Positions 45,142 to 53,649 of a DNA stretch of 64,000 nucleotides are shown piece after piece. The notes under the pieces are model-generated. The model saw only the letters and a list, made by a program, of their open reading frames with translations. It was not told where the DNA came from and made no database searches. Source of the stretch: a virus; the IMG/VR virus record IMGVR_UViG_3300047409_000248, positions 10,180 to 74,179 of that record; one strand, given 5' to 3'. The first letter of the stretch is position 1. The number at the start of each line of letters is the position of its first letter. Both the position numbers and the translations under genes were made by a program.

Positions 45142-45609
45142 ATGCATCCATTCAAATCTCAGGCTGAAAGCTCGAACAAGAGCAAGCGGTCTTCCATCAA
45201 CGCCCCTGCCAAGACACTGCCTTACTTGGCAATGAACGGAGCCTATAAGGACGTTAAGTCCTCCACGGGCAATCTCCAGCAGCATAAAGACCAGAACGCA
45301 GCGCCGGGCATGAAGCGTGGCGGGCGTCTGGATAAGGGCAAGCGCGGTAAATCAAAGATTGTGCGTGATCTGGTTCAGGCTACTCCTCCCTCGCCGGAAG
45401 ATATGATCACTGCACAAGCTGGGGCGGGGGGTCTTTCCCCACCTTCCGCTCCAGCATCTCCTATGCCTCCTCCCCAGATGCCGATGCGGAAGAGCGGCGG
45501 CGCTGTTAAGAAGGCCGATGGCGGCTCCGTCAAACTTGGTAAGTATCCCATTGATGCAGGCGCCATGACCGGCGTGGCCCGTGTGGAGCTACAAAAAAAG
45601 TCTAAATAA
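45142..45609 (+). CDS. Basic low-complexity virion-associated protein with KxxGG motifs
   Basis: MKRGG, RKSGG, KADGG. Confidence 0.7.
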   Translation: MHPFKSQAESSNKSKRSSINAPAKTLPYLAMNGAYKDVKSSTGNLQQHKDQNAAPGMKRGGRLDKGKRGKSKIVRDLVQATPPSPEDMITAQAGAGGLSPPSAPASPMPPPQMPMRKSGGAVKKADGGSVKLGKYPIDAGAMTGVARVELQKKSK

Positions 45610-45794
45610 TGGATACGCTATTCGAGAGGGAGCTTGCCAAGCGTTTGGCTGAAGTAAAGCAAGGTAAAACAGATAGCTTTACACAAACTGTCTTGACACA
45701 AGACGAGTATCACCGGCAAATGGGATACTTTCAGTGTCTCCGCGATATCGAAGCATTGTGCGAAGAAATCAGGAGCGACCTACGCAAAGGATGA
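45609..45794 (+). CDS. Small conserved head-module protein
   Basis: DEY...MG....L pattern upstream of GroES. Confidence 0.7.
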   Translation: MDTLFERELAKRLAEVKQGKTDSFTQTVLTQDEYHRQMGYFQCLRDIEALCEEIRSDLRKG

Positions 45795-45803
45795 GGTATT
45801 CTA

Positions 45804-46220
45804 ATGGGGAAAATTGAGGCAGTGCCGACCTTCCGGATGCTGGACCACGTTAGCGATCCGATCAAAGCCGAGATCATCAAGGACGTAGGTGACATCTCCG
45901 AAGTGGAGGTCATGTATAACTACGTTCTGCTTGGTATCTACGTCCGCCCAGAGAAAACCCAGTCTGGTCTCTATCTGGCTGATACCACTCGCAAAGAGGA
46001 CGTTTATCAGGGCAAGACTGGATTGGTCCTGAAGGTTGGCCCGACCGCCTTCGTTGATGGCCCTGACATGGATTTCGCTGGCCAGACTGTACAGGTCGGT
46101 GACTGGATCGTGCTTCGCCCCGGTGACGGCTGGCAGGTAAAGGTTGGCAAGCGCGATTGCCGCATGGTCCCGGATACCAGCATCAAGCTGAAGGTCCCCA
46201 AGCCCGACATGATTTATTGA
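45804..46220 (+). CDS. GroES-like co-chaperonin
   Basis: EKTQSGLYL...GLVLKVGPTA...VGDW...R...D. Confidence 0.88.
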   Translation: MGKIEAVPTFRMLDHVSDPIKAEIIKDVGDISEVEVMYNYVLLGIYVRPEKTQSGLYLADTTRKEDVYQGKTGLVLKVGPTAFVDGPDMDFAGQTVQVGDWIVLRPGDGWQVKVGKRDCRMVPDTSIKLKVPKPDMIY

Positions 46221-46227
46221 GGTCGAT

Positions 46228-47304
46228 ATGCCCAGACTTAAGCCCCCGCCGAACCAGAAAGAAGACCCCAAGACGCTTGAGGTAGAACTTGAGCCTGATG
46301 GGACAGTTGTTCTGGATGAGAACGAAGAGAACATTCAGGAATTAGCTACCGATACCGATGAGCAAAAGGCTGCCAAGCGAGATGCAGCCCGGGAATATCG
46401 CCAGAAGAAGAAGGAAGATGAGGAAGCGCTAGCTGCCTCCAATTCCGATCTCAAGAGGCAGCTTGACGAAATGAAGGCTGCGGTAGAGGAAAGCCGCAAG
46501 CAAACTCAAGCCGCTCAAACCCGCCAAGCCGAACTTGATGCTAAGATCAGGGAACGTGAGCAAGAAAATCATCAATATCTCTCCCGCGCCGAAGAAGCTG
46601 AGTATCAGTCTGTCCTTACTGCCATGGCAGCCGCTGAAGGAGAGGCTGAAAGCAGCAACCGCGATCTCGAAGCCGCCCTTACTGATGGAGATCATAAAAA
46701 GGCCGCCGATGCACAACGCCGCATCGCAAGGGCAGAGGCCAAGCTGGTTCAGCTTGAAGAAGGCAAGGATATTCTAGAGCGGCGCAAGTCTCAGGCAGCA
46801 GCAAGGGCAGAAGAAGCCCGTAAAAATCCTCCTGCACCGCAAAATCTATCAGTAGAACAACAGATTGACGCCGTTAATGCCCTCCTGCCAAGCCAGAAGG
46901 CGTGGCTCAAGGAACATTCTGACTCTTGGACCGACCAGCGCAAGAATATGCGTCTTCAGGGTGCTCATGTAGAAGCTGAAGATAAAGGTCTCCAGCCCGG
47001 CACCAAAGGATACTTTGAGTATCTGGAAGAGCGTCTTGGCTACAAGAAGCCTGATCCGACAAATGATGACGATGATGACGATGATGGTCCGGATCAAAAC
47101 AAGCGTCGTCAGGAACGGAGAACTCTTGTGTCAGCGCCAGTTTCCAGAGACGCAAAAGACAATAGCGGCAAGTCCAAAACCAAGATCACGCTTAGTGAAA
47201 AGCAGCTTGAGGCTGCCCAAATCGCTGGTGTCGATCCGCAGACCTATGCCCGCAACCTGATGAAGCTGAATGCCATGAAAGAGGATGGTTATTATGACAA
47301 CTGA
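46228..47304 (+). CDS. Capsid scaffolding protein (putative)
   Basis: Acidic coiled coil; C-terminal ITLSEKQ.EAA...GV....YAR motif; lies between portal and capsid genes. Confidence 0.8.
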   Translation: MPRLKPPPNQKEDPKTLEVELEPDGTVVLDENEENIQELATDTDEQKAAKRDAAREYRQKKKEDEEALAASNSDLKRQLDEMKAAVEESRKQTQAAQTRQAELDAKIREREQENHQYLSRAEEAEYQSVLTAMAAAEGEAESSNRDLEAALTDGDHKKAADAQRRIARAEAKLVQLEEGKDILERRKSQAAARAEEARKNPPAPQNLSVEQQIDAVNALLPSQKAWLKEHSDSWTDQRKNMRLQGAHVEAEDKGLQPGTKGYFEYLEERLGYKKPDPTNDDDDDDDGPDQNKRRQERRTLVSAPVSRDAKDNSGKSKTKITLSEKQLEAAQIAGVDPQTYARNLMKLNAMKEDGYYDN

Positions 47305-47830
47305 ACCAAAGAAGCGTGGCCGTCCTGCTGGCTCTGTCAATAAAGCCAAACCCGCCCCGGTACGGGCCAATTCACGCCTTCCCAGCGATTTCGTCTACAC
47401 TCTTGATGAAGATGATGATCGTCTGAATGGCCCCATTAATAGCGGTGAAGCAAAAATCCCGGATGGCATGAGCTATCAGTGGGTTACGGACAGCATTTTT
47501 GGCCAGCTTCAGCCGCAGCGCCGTTCTCGTTTCGAACGCAAGGGCTGGATGCCTGTCCCCGCTGAGCGCCATGATGGCGTCTGGACCCCGCGCGGCGCCA
47601 AGGGTGAGATCAACGTGGATGGTCTGGTTCTTATGGAGCGCCCGGCTGAATACACCAAGATGGCTCACGATCATGACAAGCGTAAAGCCCGCGAACAAGT
47701 GCTGATTAAGGAACAGCAGCTTCGTGGCGGCGATGTCGGCGTTACGCTGGATGGACGGCATCAGAGCGCCCTGAATAGCAATCGCATCAGCAAGAGTTAT
47801 GAACCGCTTCTACAGGTCCCGGATGAATGA
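47294..47830 (+). CDS. Conserved head-module protein
   Basis: PDGMSYQW...GW.PVPA..H...GLVLMERP. Confidence 0.75.
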   Translation: MTTEPKKRGRPAGSVNKAKPAPVRANSRLPSDFVYTLDEDDDRLNGPINSGEAKIPDGMSYQWVTDSIFGQLQPQRRSRFERKGWMPVPAERHDGVWTPRGAKGEINVDGLVLMERPAEYTKMAHDHDKRKAREQVLIKEQQLRGGDVGVTLDGRHQSALNSNRISKSYEPLLQVPDE

Positions 47831-48006
47831 AACTTGACGACAATTTAATTATGTCGTAAGTGTGTCGATATTAAGCCTTTGATAAGGCGAGCGTGCCGCT
47901 CAAACCTACCCATCACGCGCCGTGATGGCTTCTGTCAGTCAAGCAGAGCTTGCTGGCTTCACACAAAGCAGGATGGTCCTGCCGAGTATGAAAAGGAGCT
48001 ATCACT

Positions 48007-48609
48007 ATGGCAAATATCGCTGCCCCCTTTGGTTTTCGTCAGCTTCGCCGCCTCGATGGTGGCGCTCCGACTGCTGGCTTTGAGACCGTTACCATTCTTT
48101 CCTCGGATACCAACCTGTACTTCACGGGTGATCCGGTCGCGTCTGCCACCGATGGCAACATTACCCTCCCCACGTCTGGCGCTGTCCAGATCAGGGGCAT
48201 CTTCATGGGCTGCGAATATTACAACGCGTCCGTGAACCGCATCGTCTTTGGCGCCTATTTCCCGGGTAACGTCAGCGCTGGCAACATCATCACCGGCTGG
48301 GTCTGTACCGATCCGGATATGCTCTATATCGCCCAGTGCTCCACCAACGCAGTTGTTGGCTCCAGCCGCAAAAACGAGAACATCGCCTTCAGCGTAGCCA
48401 CTTCTTCGCTGGGTAATACCCTGAGCGGTGTTTCGGCAGTCAGTCTCTCTACCGACATTGGAACCAGTTCTTCGTATCCTTTCAGGATTTACGACTTCTA
48501 TTCCAACTACGCACCTCCCGGCACCAACGGAACAGACAACACGTCAGCCGGTCAAATTCTGGTTGTCGCTCCGAATAACTTCGACCGCAACAACCTCGTC
48601 GGCGTCTAA
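48007..48609 (+). CDS. Capsid decoration/minor capsid protein
   Basis: MANIAAPFGFR...GD.V...GIFMGCEY...DP; AAGGAG RBS; precedes the major capsid gene. Confidence 0.75.
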   Translation: MANIAAPFGFRQLRRLDGGAPTAGFETVTILSSDTNLYFTGDPVASATDGNITLPTSGAVQIRGIFMGCEYYNASVNRIVFGAYFPGNVSAGNIITGWVCTDPDMLYIAQCSTNAVVGSSRKNENIAFSVATSSLGNTLSGVSAVSLSTDIGTSSSYPFRIYDFYSNYAPPGTNGTDNTSAGQILVVAPNNFDRNNLVGV

Positions 48610-48631
48610 CGGACCTTAGGAGTAGACCACT

Positions 48632-49546
48632 ATGCCCGTCGCACTCGCTCAAATTCGTGATCTACTCATTCCCGGTCTCTGGGGGGTCAGTGGCAAGTAC
48701 GATCAGATCGAACGCCAGTGGCCCAAGATTTTCAAGCAGACCAACTCACAGATGGCTGTGGAGCGACGTGCTTCCATGCGCTATCTTGGTCTGGCCCAGT
48801 TGAAGCAGGAAGGTGGTCCCACCTCCTTCGACAACGCGGCGGGCGAGCGATACGTCTACAACCAAGAGCATCAGGAAATTGGTCTGGGTTACGCGATTAC
48901 CCGCAAGGCCATTGATGACAACCTCTACAAGTCAGAGTTTGGCCCGTCCAACGACGGCTTGATGTTCTCCTTCGCCCAGACGGAGGAAATCTACGGCGCC
49001 AACGTCCTGAACAGCGGCACCACCTTCAACGCCTCGGTAGGCGGCGACGGTAAGGCACTGTTCGATCCGGCCCATCCTATTGATGGCTCCACGATTTCTA
49101 ACAAGCCTTCTGTGGACGTGGACCTGAACGAAACTTCGCTTCTGAATGCCGGCATCCAGATCAGGTCTACTTGGCGAGATAACGCTGGCCTGAAGATTTA
49201 TGCTCGCGGCAAGAAGCTTGTTATCCCGGTAGGGCTTGAGCCGGTCGCCATCCGCCTGTTCCGCAGCGAACTTCGCCCCGGCACGGCAACCAATGATGTC
49301 AATGCCATCATGGGCATGAACGATAGCTTCAAGGAAGGCTATATCGTCAATGACTATCTGACTTCCAACTTTGCGTGGTTCCTTGTCACCAACGTTGACG
49401 GCCTGATCTTCATGAACCGCAAGCCTTATGAAATGGATATGTCGGTGGAATTCACCACCGATAACCTTCTGGTCAAGGGCTACCAGCGTTATAGCTTCGG
49501 CTATTATGACTGGCGCGCAATCTGGGGCACGTTCCCGACTTCGTAA
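48632..49546 (+). CDS. Major capsid protein (HK97 fold)
   Basis: LIPGL...K.EG....FD...H..IGLGYAITRKAIDDNLY...GGDGKALF...HP...RYSFG..DWR. Confidence 0.93.
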   Translation: MPVALAQIRDLLIPGLWGVSGKYDQIERQWPKIFKQTNSQMAVERRASMRYLGLAQLKQEGGPTSFDNAAGERYVYNQEHQEIGLGYAITRKAIDDNLYKSEFGPSNDGLMFSFAQTEEIYGANVLNSGTTFNASVGGDGKALFDPAHPIDGSTISNKPSVDVDLNETSLLNAGIQIRSTWRDNAGLKIYARGKKLVIPVGLEPVAIRLFRSELRPGTATNDVNAIMGMNDSFKEGYIVNDYLTSNFAWFLVTNVDGLIFMNRKPYEMDMSVEFTTDNLLVKGYQRYSFGYYDWRAIWGTFPTS

Positions 49547-49559
49547 AGGATAAAACCAG

Positions 49560-49700
49560 ATGATTTCGGTCTTTAACACTCTGCCGGTGATTGGTGCAGT
49601 TCAGGCGGTATCGTTTAATACCACGATTACCAGAGCGACCACGACTACGGCAGAGACGCTTAACGAATGCATCTGGATGCTACAGGCTGGTGGATATTAA
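49560..49700 (+). CDS. Small protein (46 aa, not in ORF track)
   Basis: AAGGA RBS; fills the gap after the major capsid gene. Confidence 0.5.
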   Translation: MISVFNTLPVIGAVQAVSFNTTITRATTTTAETLNECIWMLQAGGY

Positions 49701-49712
49701 GGAAACGAGACT

Positions 49713-50039
49713 ATGGCACAATCGGTAACTCTTTCTTCGGTCGGCACTGCCACCATTATCCTTAACCCGGTGTATAAAAGCACCAGTGTTATGCTTACTG
49801 GCGGCGGAAGCTCAGCGGGAACTGTCCAGATCGAGATGACCTTGGATGATCCCACCATCGCTGGTGGACCTTCTTTATCTTGGGGTCTACTTAGCTCTGG
49901 CACGGCGATGCTGTCTTCTAACGTGTCCTCACTGGTTTATACCGTGCTGTCGCCAATTGGCGGGGTTCGCATCAACTCGTCAGCAAACGGCGGTCTCGGC
50001 ACGTGGACGCTGAAGGCCCTTCAGGCGGTTACGGCTTAA
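49713..50039 (+). CDS. Ser/Thr-rich virion structural protein
   Basis: Beta-rich, in the head-tail module. Confidence 0.7.
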   Translation: MAQSVTLSSVGTATIILNPVYKSTSVMLTGGGSSAGTVQIEMTLDDPTIAGGPSLSWGLLSSGTAMLSSNVSSLVYTVLSPIGGVRINSSANGGLGTWTLKALQAVTA

Positions 50040-50049
50040 GGAGATAGAG

Positions 50050-50298
50050 ATGGCTAATCGTCATAAGGCTAGCGGCGGCAAGGTATCGGGCGGCATCAGC
50101 AAAGCTCAGGTTGATTACGGCAATCCTGACGTGCTCAAGGAAGCCAAGGCCAAGAAACGTGGCGGTTCCTGCGGCAAGGCGATGGGTGGCAAGTCCAAAG
50201 GCCGTCTGGATAAATATGCACGCGGCGGCAAGGTGGGTGGTGATTGCACCAAATCCCCTTTTACGTCGGCATACGTCAAGACGAACGGGGACGCGTAG
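50050..50298 (+). CDS. Small basic Gly/Lys-rich protein with KxxGG repeats
   Basis: KASGG, KKRGG, KAMGG, YARGG; AAGGAG RBS. Confidence 0.75.
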   Translation: MANRHKASGGKVSGGISKAQVDYGNPDVLKEAKAKKRGGSCGKAMGGKSKGRLDKYARGGKVGGDCTKSPFTSAYVKTNGDA

Positions 50299-50477
50299 AA
50301 AAGGCTGGCGGCGGCTGGATCAAAGGCACCGTCAAACATCCCGGCGCTTTCACTGCATCTGCCAACAAGGCTGGTAAATCGGTTCATGAGTATGCTGAAG
50401 AAAAGAAGCATGCATCCGGGACCTTAGGCAGGCGCGCAAGACTGGCTCTTACTTTTGAAGGCATGCATAAGAAGTAA
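50244..50477 (+). CDS. Small basic phage domain (WI...KHPGA...GRRARLA), possibly reached by -1 frameshift
   Basis: Recognisable domain but only a weak TTG start; C CCT TTT slippery heptamer at 50256-50262. Confidence 0.55.
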   Translation: MHQIPFYVGIRQDERGRVEKAGGGWIKGTVKHPGAFTASANKAGKSVHEYAEEKKHASGTLGRRARLALTFEGMHKK

Positions 50478-50827
50478 TGGGCAACCCGGTCTACATCTCG
50501 ATCACTTCCTCCAGCAGCGCTCCTACGCGCGCTGTAAACCTTGATACGTCCCAATCTCCGTTCAATGTCTCTGTCGGCGTTGTCTTTGGCTCTACCAGCC
50601 TGACAGCCGCTTATGGCGTTGAGTTCACCATGGATGACCGGCAATATCTGGATGCTATCGGCTCAACGAGAGCACTTAGCTGGCTGCCGGATGCCAACCT
50701 GCCTGCTGGAACGTCTTCTGGTGCTACCTCCAACTATATGTTTCCAGTAGCCGCTGTCCGATGCACTGTGACCTCGCTTTCATCCAGCTATGTGGTCTTT
50801 CAGGTCATACAGGGCGGTAGAGCGTAA
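50477..50827 (+). CDS. Virion structural protein
   Basis: D....PFNVSVG...Y.VE.T.DD...FPVAAVR. Confidence 0.75.
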   Translation: MGNPVYISITSSSSAPTRAVNLDTSQSPFNVSVGVVFGSTSLTAAYGVEFTMDDRQYLDAIGSTRALSWLPDANLPAGTSSGATSNYMFPVAAVRCTVTSLSSSYVVFQVIQGGRA

Positions 50828-50839
50828 CAAGGGGGCGCC

Positions 50840-51331
50840 ATGGCTGTCTCCTTAGACGCAAAAGGCAAAGTCGGCGGTGGCGTTACCTTAACCGGATATA
50901 CAGTTCAACTTGGTGGTTTGGGGCTCACCCTCACCAGTGAGGGCGTAAGCCTGATCCCGGTCAATGCGGCTTGGTTTGGCCCCAGCGGCACCCTAAGCCT
51001 TTCCAATACTCTGGTGAATGTTCTCTCCAGTGTCGGCACTGTGGTTGGTACACTTTCTGTGTCTGGCGGCTCTACCCGGGCGTATACGTTTACACTGGTG
51101 AATGATCCCAGTGCCTTCTTCTCTGTCGGCGGGTCGACACTTTCTGTGAGCGCAGCGCTGAGTGTGGGTACGGACACAATAACGGTTCGTGCCAGCGATA
51201 CTGGAACGTCCGTCATCAATGGCGCGTTTGCTATTACGATATTCAGCACCGCATCAGGAGCGACTGGCTCTTTGTCCTTCAATAATGTAAATAACTCTAT
51301 GTATTTCCCATTACTGGGAGGCATAGGCTAA
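50840..51331 (+). CDS. Virion protein with cadherin/Ig-like domain
   Basis: GTVVGTLSV...YTFTLV...FSV.G.TL...ITVRASD; ends FNNVNNSMYFPLL. Confidence 0.7.
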   Translation: MAVSLDAKGKVGGGVTLTGYTVQLGGLGLTLTSEGVSLIPVNAAWFGPSGTLSLSNTLVNVLSSVGTVVGTLSVSGGSTRAYTFTLVNDPSAFFSVGGSTLSVSAALSVGTDTITVRASDTGTSVINGAFAITIFSTASGATGSLSFNNVNNSMYFPLLGGIG

Positions 51332-51495
51332 TGGCCAGTATCTCTCTGGTGGTTAATTCCAGTATTGGCACTATCACCTTCTCGGCTAGTGGGACGTTTA
51401 TTCTTATCCCGTTGCCTAAAACTACTAATACCATGGGGATGCGATTTAACTTGGCAAGTAACTCGATGTACATTCCTCTGATGAGGCTAGGATAG
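51331..51495 (+). CDS. Small virion protein (54 aa, not in ORF track)
   Basis: TAATG-coupled; ends FNLASNSMYIPLM like the upstream gene. Confidence 0.65.
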   Translation: MASISLVVNSSIGTITFSASGTFILIPLPKTTNTMGMRFNLASNSMYIPLMRLG

Positions 51496-51499
51496 AAAA

Positions 51500-52939
51500 A
51501 TGGCCGACAATATCACTGTCTTAAATTCTACCGGAGGTACCTTCACACTCCGTATGACGGATGTTGGCGGCGGTATCCTTACCAACAACTCCATCCCGAC
51601 CAGCACGTCTGGTTCGCCTATGTCGGTGCAGGCTGGCGCTGCGGTAACTTCCACGGCGCAAGGCGCTGCGGTGGTGGTGATCTCCTCGCTTTCTCCAAAG
51701 CATCTTGTAGAACCATCTTCAGCCATTCAGGTCACGTTGACCAGTAATACGGTGGCGGTTTCCTCTGCTACCGTAACTCTCTCTTCTGTGGCCACGATTA
51801 CTCCATCTTCCGTTCTAACCATTACCCCGTCCAGCAATCTGACTGTTGGCAGCGTTTCTTCCGGGGCTGTATCCCTGATATCGGGCGCCAATACGGCTAA
51901 TATCGTTGCAGGCGCCAGCGCCGTTACCTCCACCATGAGCGCCTTGGTAGTGGCCTTGTCTACGCTGGGCAACTTCAGTGTAACAACCAGCAGCCAAATC
52001 CAGATAACCAATGGCACCGCAACGGCCAACGTAGTCGCTGGCTCCAGTGCCGTGACTTCGACCATGAGCGCTCTTGTTGTGGCGCTGTCCACTCTTGGTA
52101 ACTTCTCGGTCACGACCAGCAGTCAAGTCGGTATTATTGGCGGCACGGCTGGCGCCAATACGGCTACTGTGGTTGCAGGCTCCAGCGCTGTCACTTCTAC
52201 CATGGCGGCCCTTGTGGTAGCCATCTCTACGCTGGGTACTGGTCAGAGCATCAGCACGATTACGTCGATGACTTCTGGCACGGTGGTTATTTCCAACGGC
52301 GCCAATCTTGCTAACGTTCTGGCTGGATCTTCTACTGTAACCTCCACCATGGCATCCTTGGTGGTTGCGCTTTCTTCCAATGGCGCAGGTATTATTGCCA
52401 CGGGCACGCCAACCACTCCATCGTCTCAGTATATTTCGGCGGTGGTGGTTGGGGATTTGCTAACTGGCGCCGCTAATTCTTCTGCCAGCAACCCGGTTGC
52501 TATCGGCGGTATCTATAACTCTACTAATCCAACCAGTGTTACCTCTGGTCAGCGTGTTCAGGCTTGGATGGATAAATCCGGCAAGCAAATCGCTGTAGGC
52601 GCCTTGCGTGCTCTCAAAGGGACGCAATCAACCATCATCTCATGTGCTACGACTGAGACAAACATTACTGCTACCAGTTCTGGCGGCAATCTGATCGATA
52701 TTTACGGCCTGATGGTCGCCAATGGCAGCACTGGTCAGGTCCAGACAGTTACCATCAAGGATAGCTCTGGCGGCACGGTACGTGGCACGGTGATAGTCCC
52801 CTCTCTGGACACAAGAGGCTTTATGCTTGCGGTTGACTCAGCTTGGGTTCAATCGGCTTCCAGCCAAGCTTGGACCGCGACCCTAAGCAACTCCAGCGGA
52901 GTGGTTTCCATCACCACCATGTATGTTACCAACGTCTAA
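51500..52939 (+). CDS. Ser/Thr-rich fibre-like virion protein with tandem repeats
   Basis: Four ~40-aa repeats of A(N/T)(I/V)(V/L)AG.S(A/T)VTSTM..LVVA(L/I)S. Confidence 0.8.
   Translation: MADNITVLNSTGGTFTLRMTDVGGGILTNNSIPTSTSGSPMSVQAGAAVTSTAQGAAVVVISSLSPKHLVEPSSAIQVTLTSNTVAVSSATVTLSSVATITPSSVLTITPSSNLTVGSVSSGAVSLISGANTANIVAGASAVTSTMSALVVALSTLGNFSVTTSSQIQITNGTATANVVAGSSAVTSTMSALVVALSTLGNFSVTTSSQVGIIGGTAGANTATVVAGSSAVTSTMAALVVAISTLGTGQSISTITSMTSGTVVISNGANLANVLAGSSTVTSTMASLVVALSSNGAGIIATGTPTTPSSQYISAVVVGDLLTGAANSSASNPVAIGGIYNSTNPTSVTSGQRVQAWMDKSGKQIAVGALRALKGTQSTIISCATTETNITATSSGGNLIDIYGLMVANGSTGQVQTVTIKDSSGGTVRGTVIVPSLDTRGFMLAVDSAWVQSASSQAWTATLSNSSGVVSITTMYVTNV
51885..52390 (+). repeat. Intragenic tandem repeat (4 copies, about 120-130 bp)
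   Basis: Repeated ACCATGAGCGC/ACCATGGC units encoding VTSTMSALVVALSTLGNFSVTTSSQ, with synonymous divergence. Confidence 0.85.
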
Positions 52940-52951
52940 TGGAATTAAAAA

Positions 52952-53644
52952 ATGCTCATGGGAATGATAGATGGCAAGGTGACTGTTGCCAGCGCCGGTG
53001 GCGGCGCTGCTGTTTTGGCTGTTGGCGGAACTAACTCTGGGGGTATTACTGCGGCACCTTGGACTGCTGGCACGTTTTCATTTTCTCCCGGCCTTGCTGT
53101 TGTAGGATTGGTTACTGGGCGTAGCGGCGGTTTTGCAAATATATCTGGCGTTACCATTAGTGGCATTGCGGCAAGCAGCATTGGAGGAGGGACGGCTACC
53201 AACGAATTTACAGTATCACTCTGGCAAGCGGCTGTTTCAAGCGCTGGAACCGTTGTCGTTACCAGTACTGGGGCAAGCATAAGCAATACATGCATTTGCG
53301 CGTGGTCACTGACTGGATTGGGGAGCAATACCGCTACCCAGCTTATCAGCGCTGATAATTACACTTCTCCTCACAACGATCCCCAATCCTTGGGCGCCTT
53401 GACAGTCAATACTGGAGGTGTTGGCGTCGTCTTTATCGGCGCAGACTTCAAGAGTAGCGCAGTTAATCCCACGATTTGGGCAAATGCCACTAGAGACTCC
53501 ACTACTGAAAACAGTGATGGCAACTTCTCCATAGCTGGCGCCCATGTGACTGGTGCTAGCACAGCCGTCATTACAGCTACCGCAACTTCGACTGGTTCTG
53601 CCGATTGGAATTTCAACGGTATGCAAGCAGCCTCTTGGGCTTAA
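52952..53644 (+). CDS. Ser/Thr/Gly-rich virion accessory protein
   Basis: Beta-rich, very few charged residues; in the fibre cluster. Confidence 0.7.
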   Translation: MLMGMIDGKVTVASAGGGAAVLAVGGTNSGGITAAPWTAGTFSFSPGLAVVGLVTGRSGGFANISGVTISGIAASSIGGGTATNEFTVSLWQAAVSSAGTVVVTSTGASISNTCICAWSLTGLGSNTATQLISADNYTSPHNDPQSLGALTVNTGGVGVVFIGADFKSSAVNPTIWANATRDSTTENSDGNFSIAGAHVTGASTAVITATATSTGSADWNFNGMQAASWA

Positions 53645-53649
53645 TGTAA

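Noticed and set aside
47833-47860. TTGACG with an ACGACA/TGTCGT inverted repeat before the capsid genes
   Set aside because: A plausible late promoter or operator, but it is a single instance with no clear -10 box, so it was not called.
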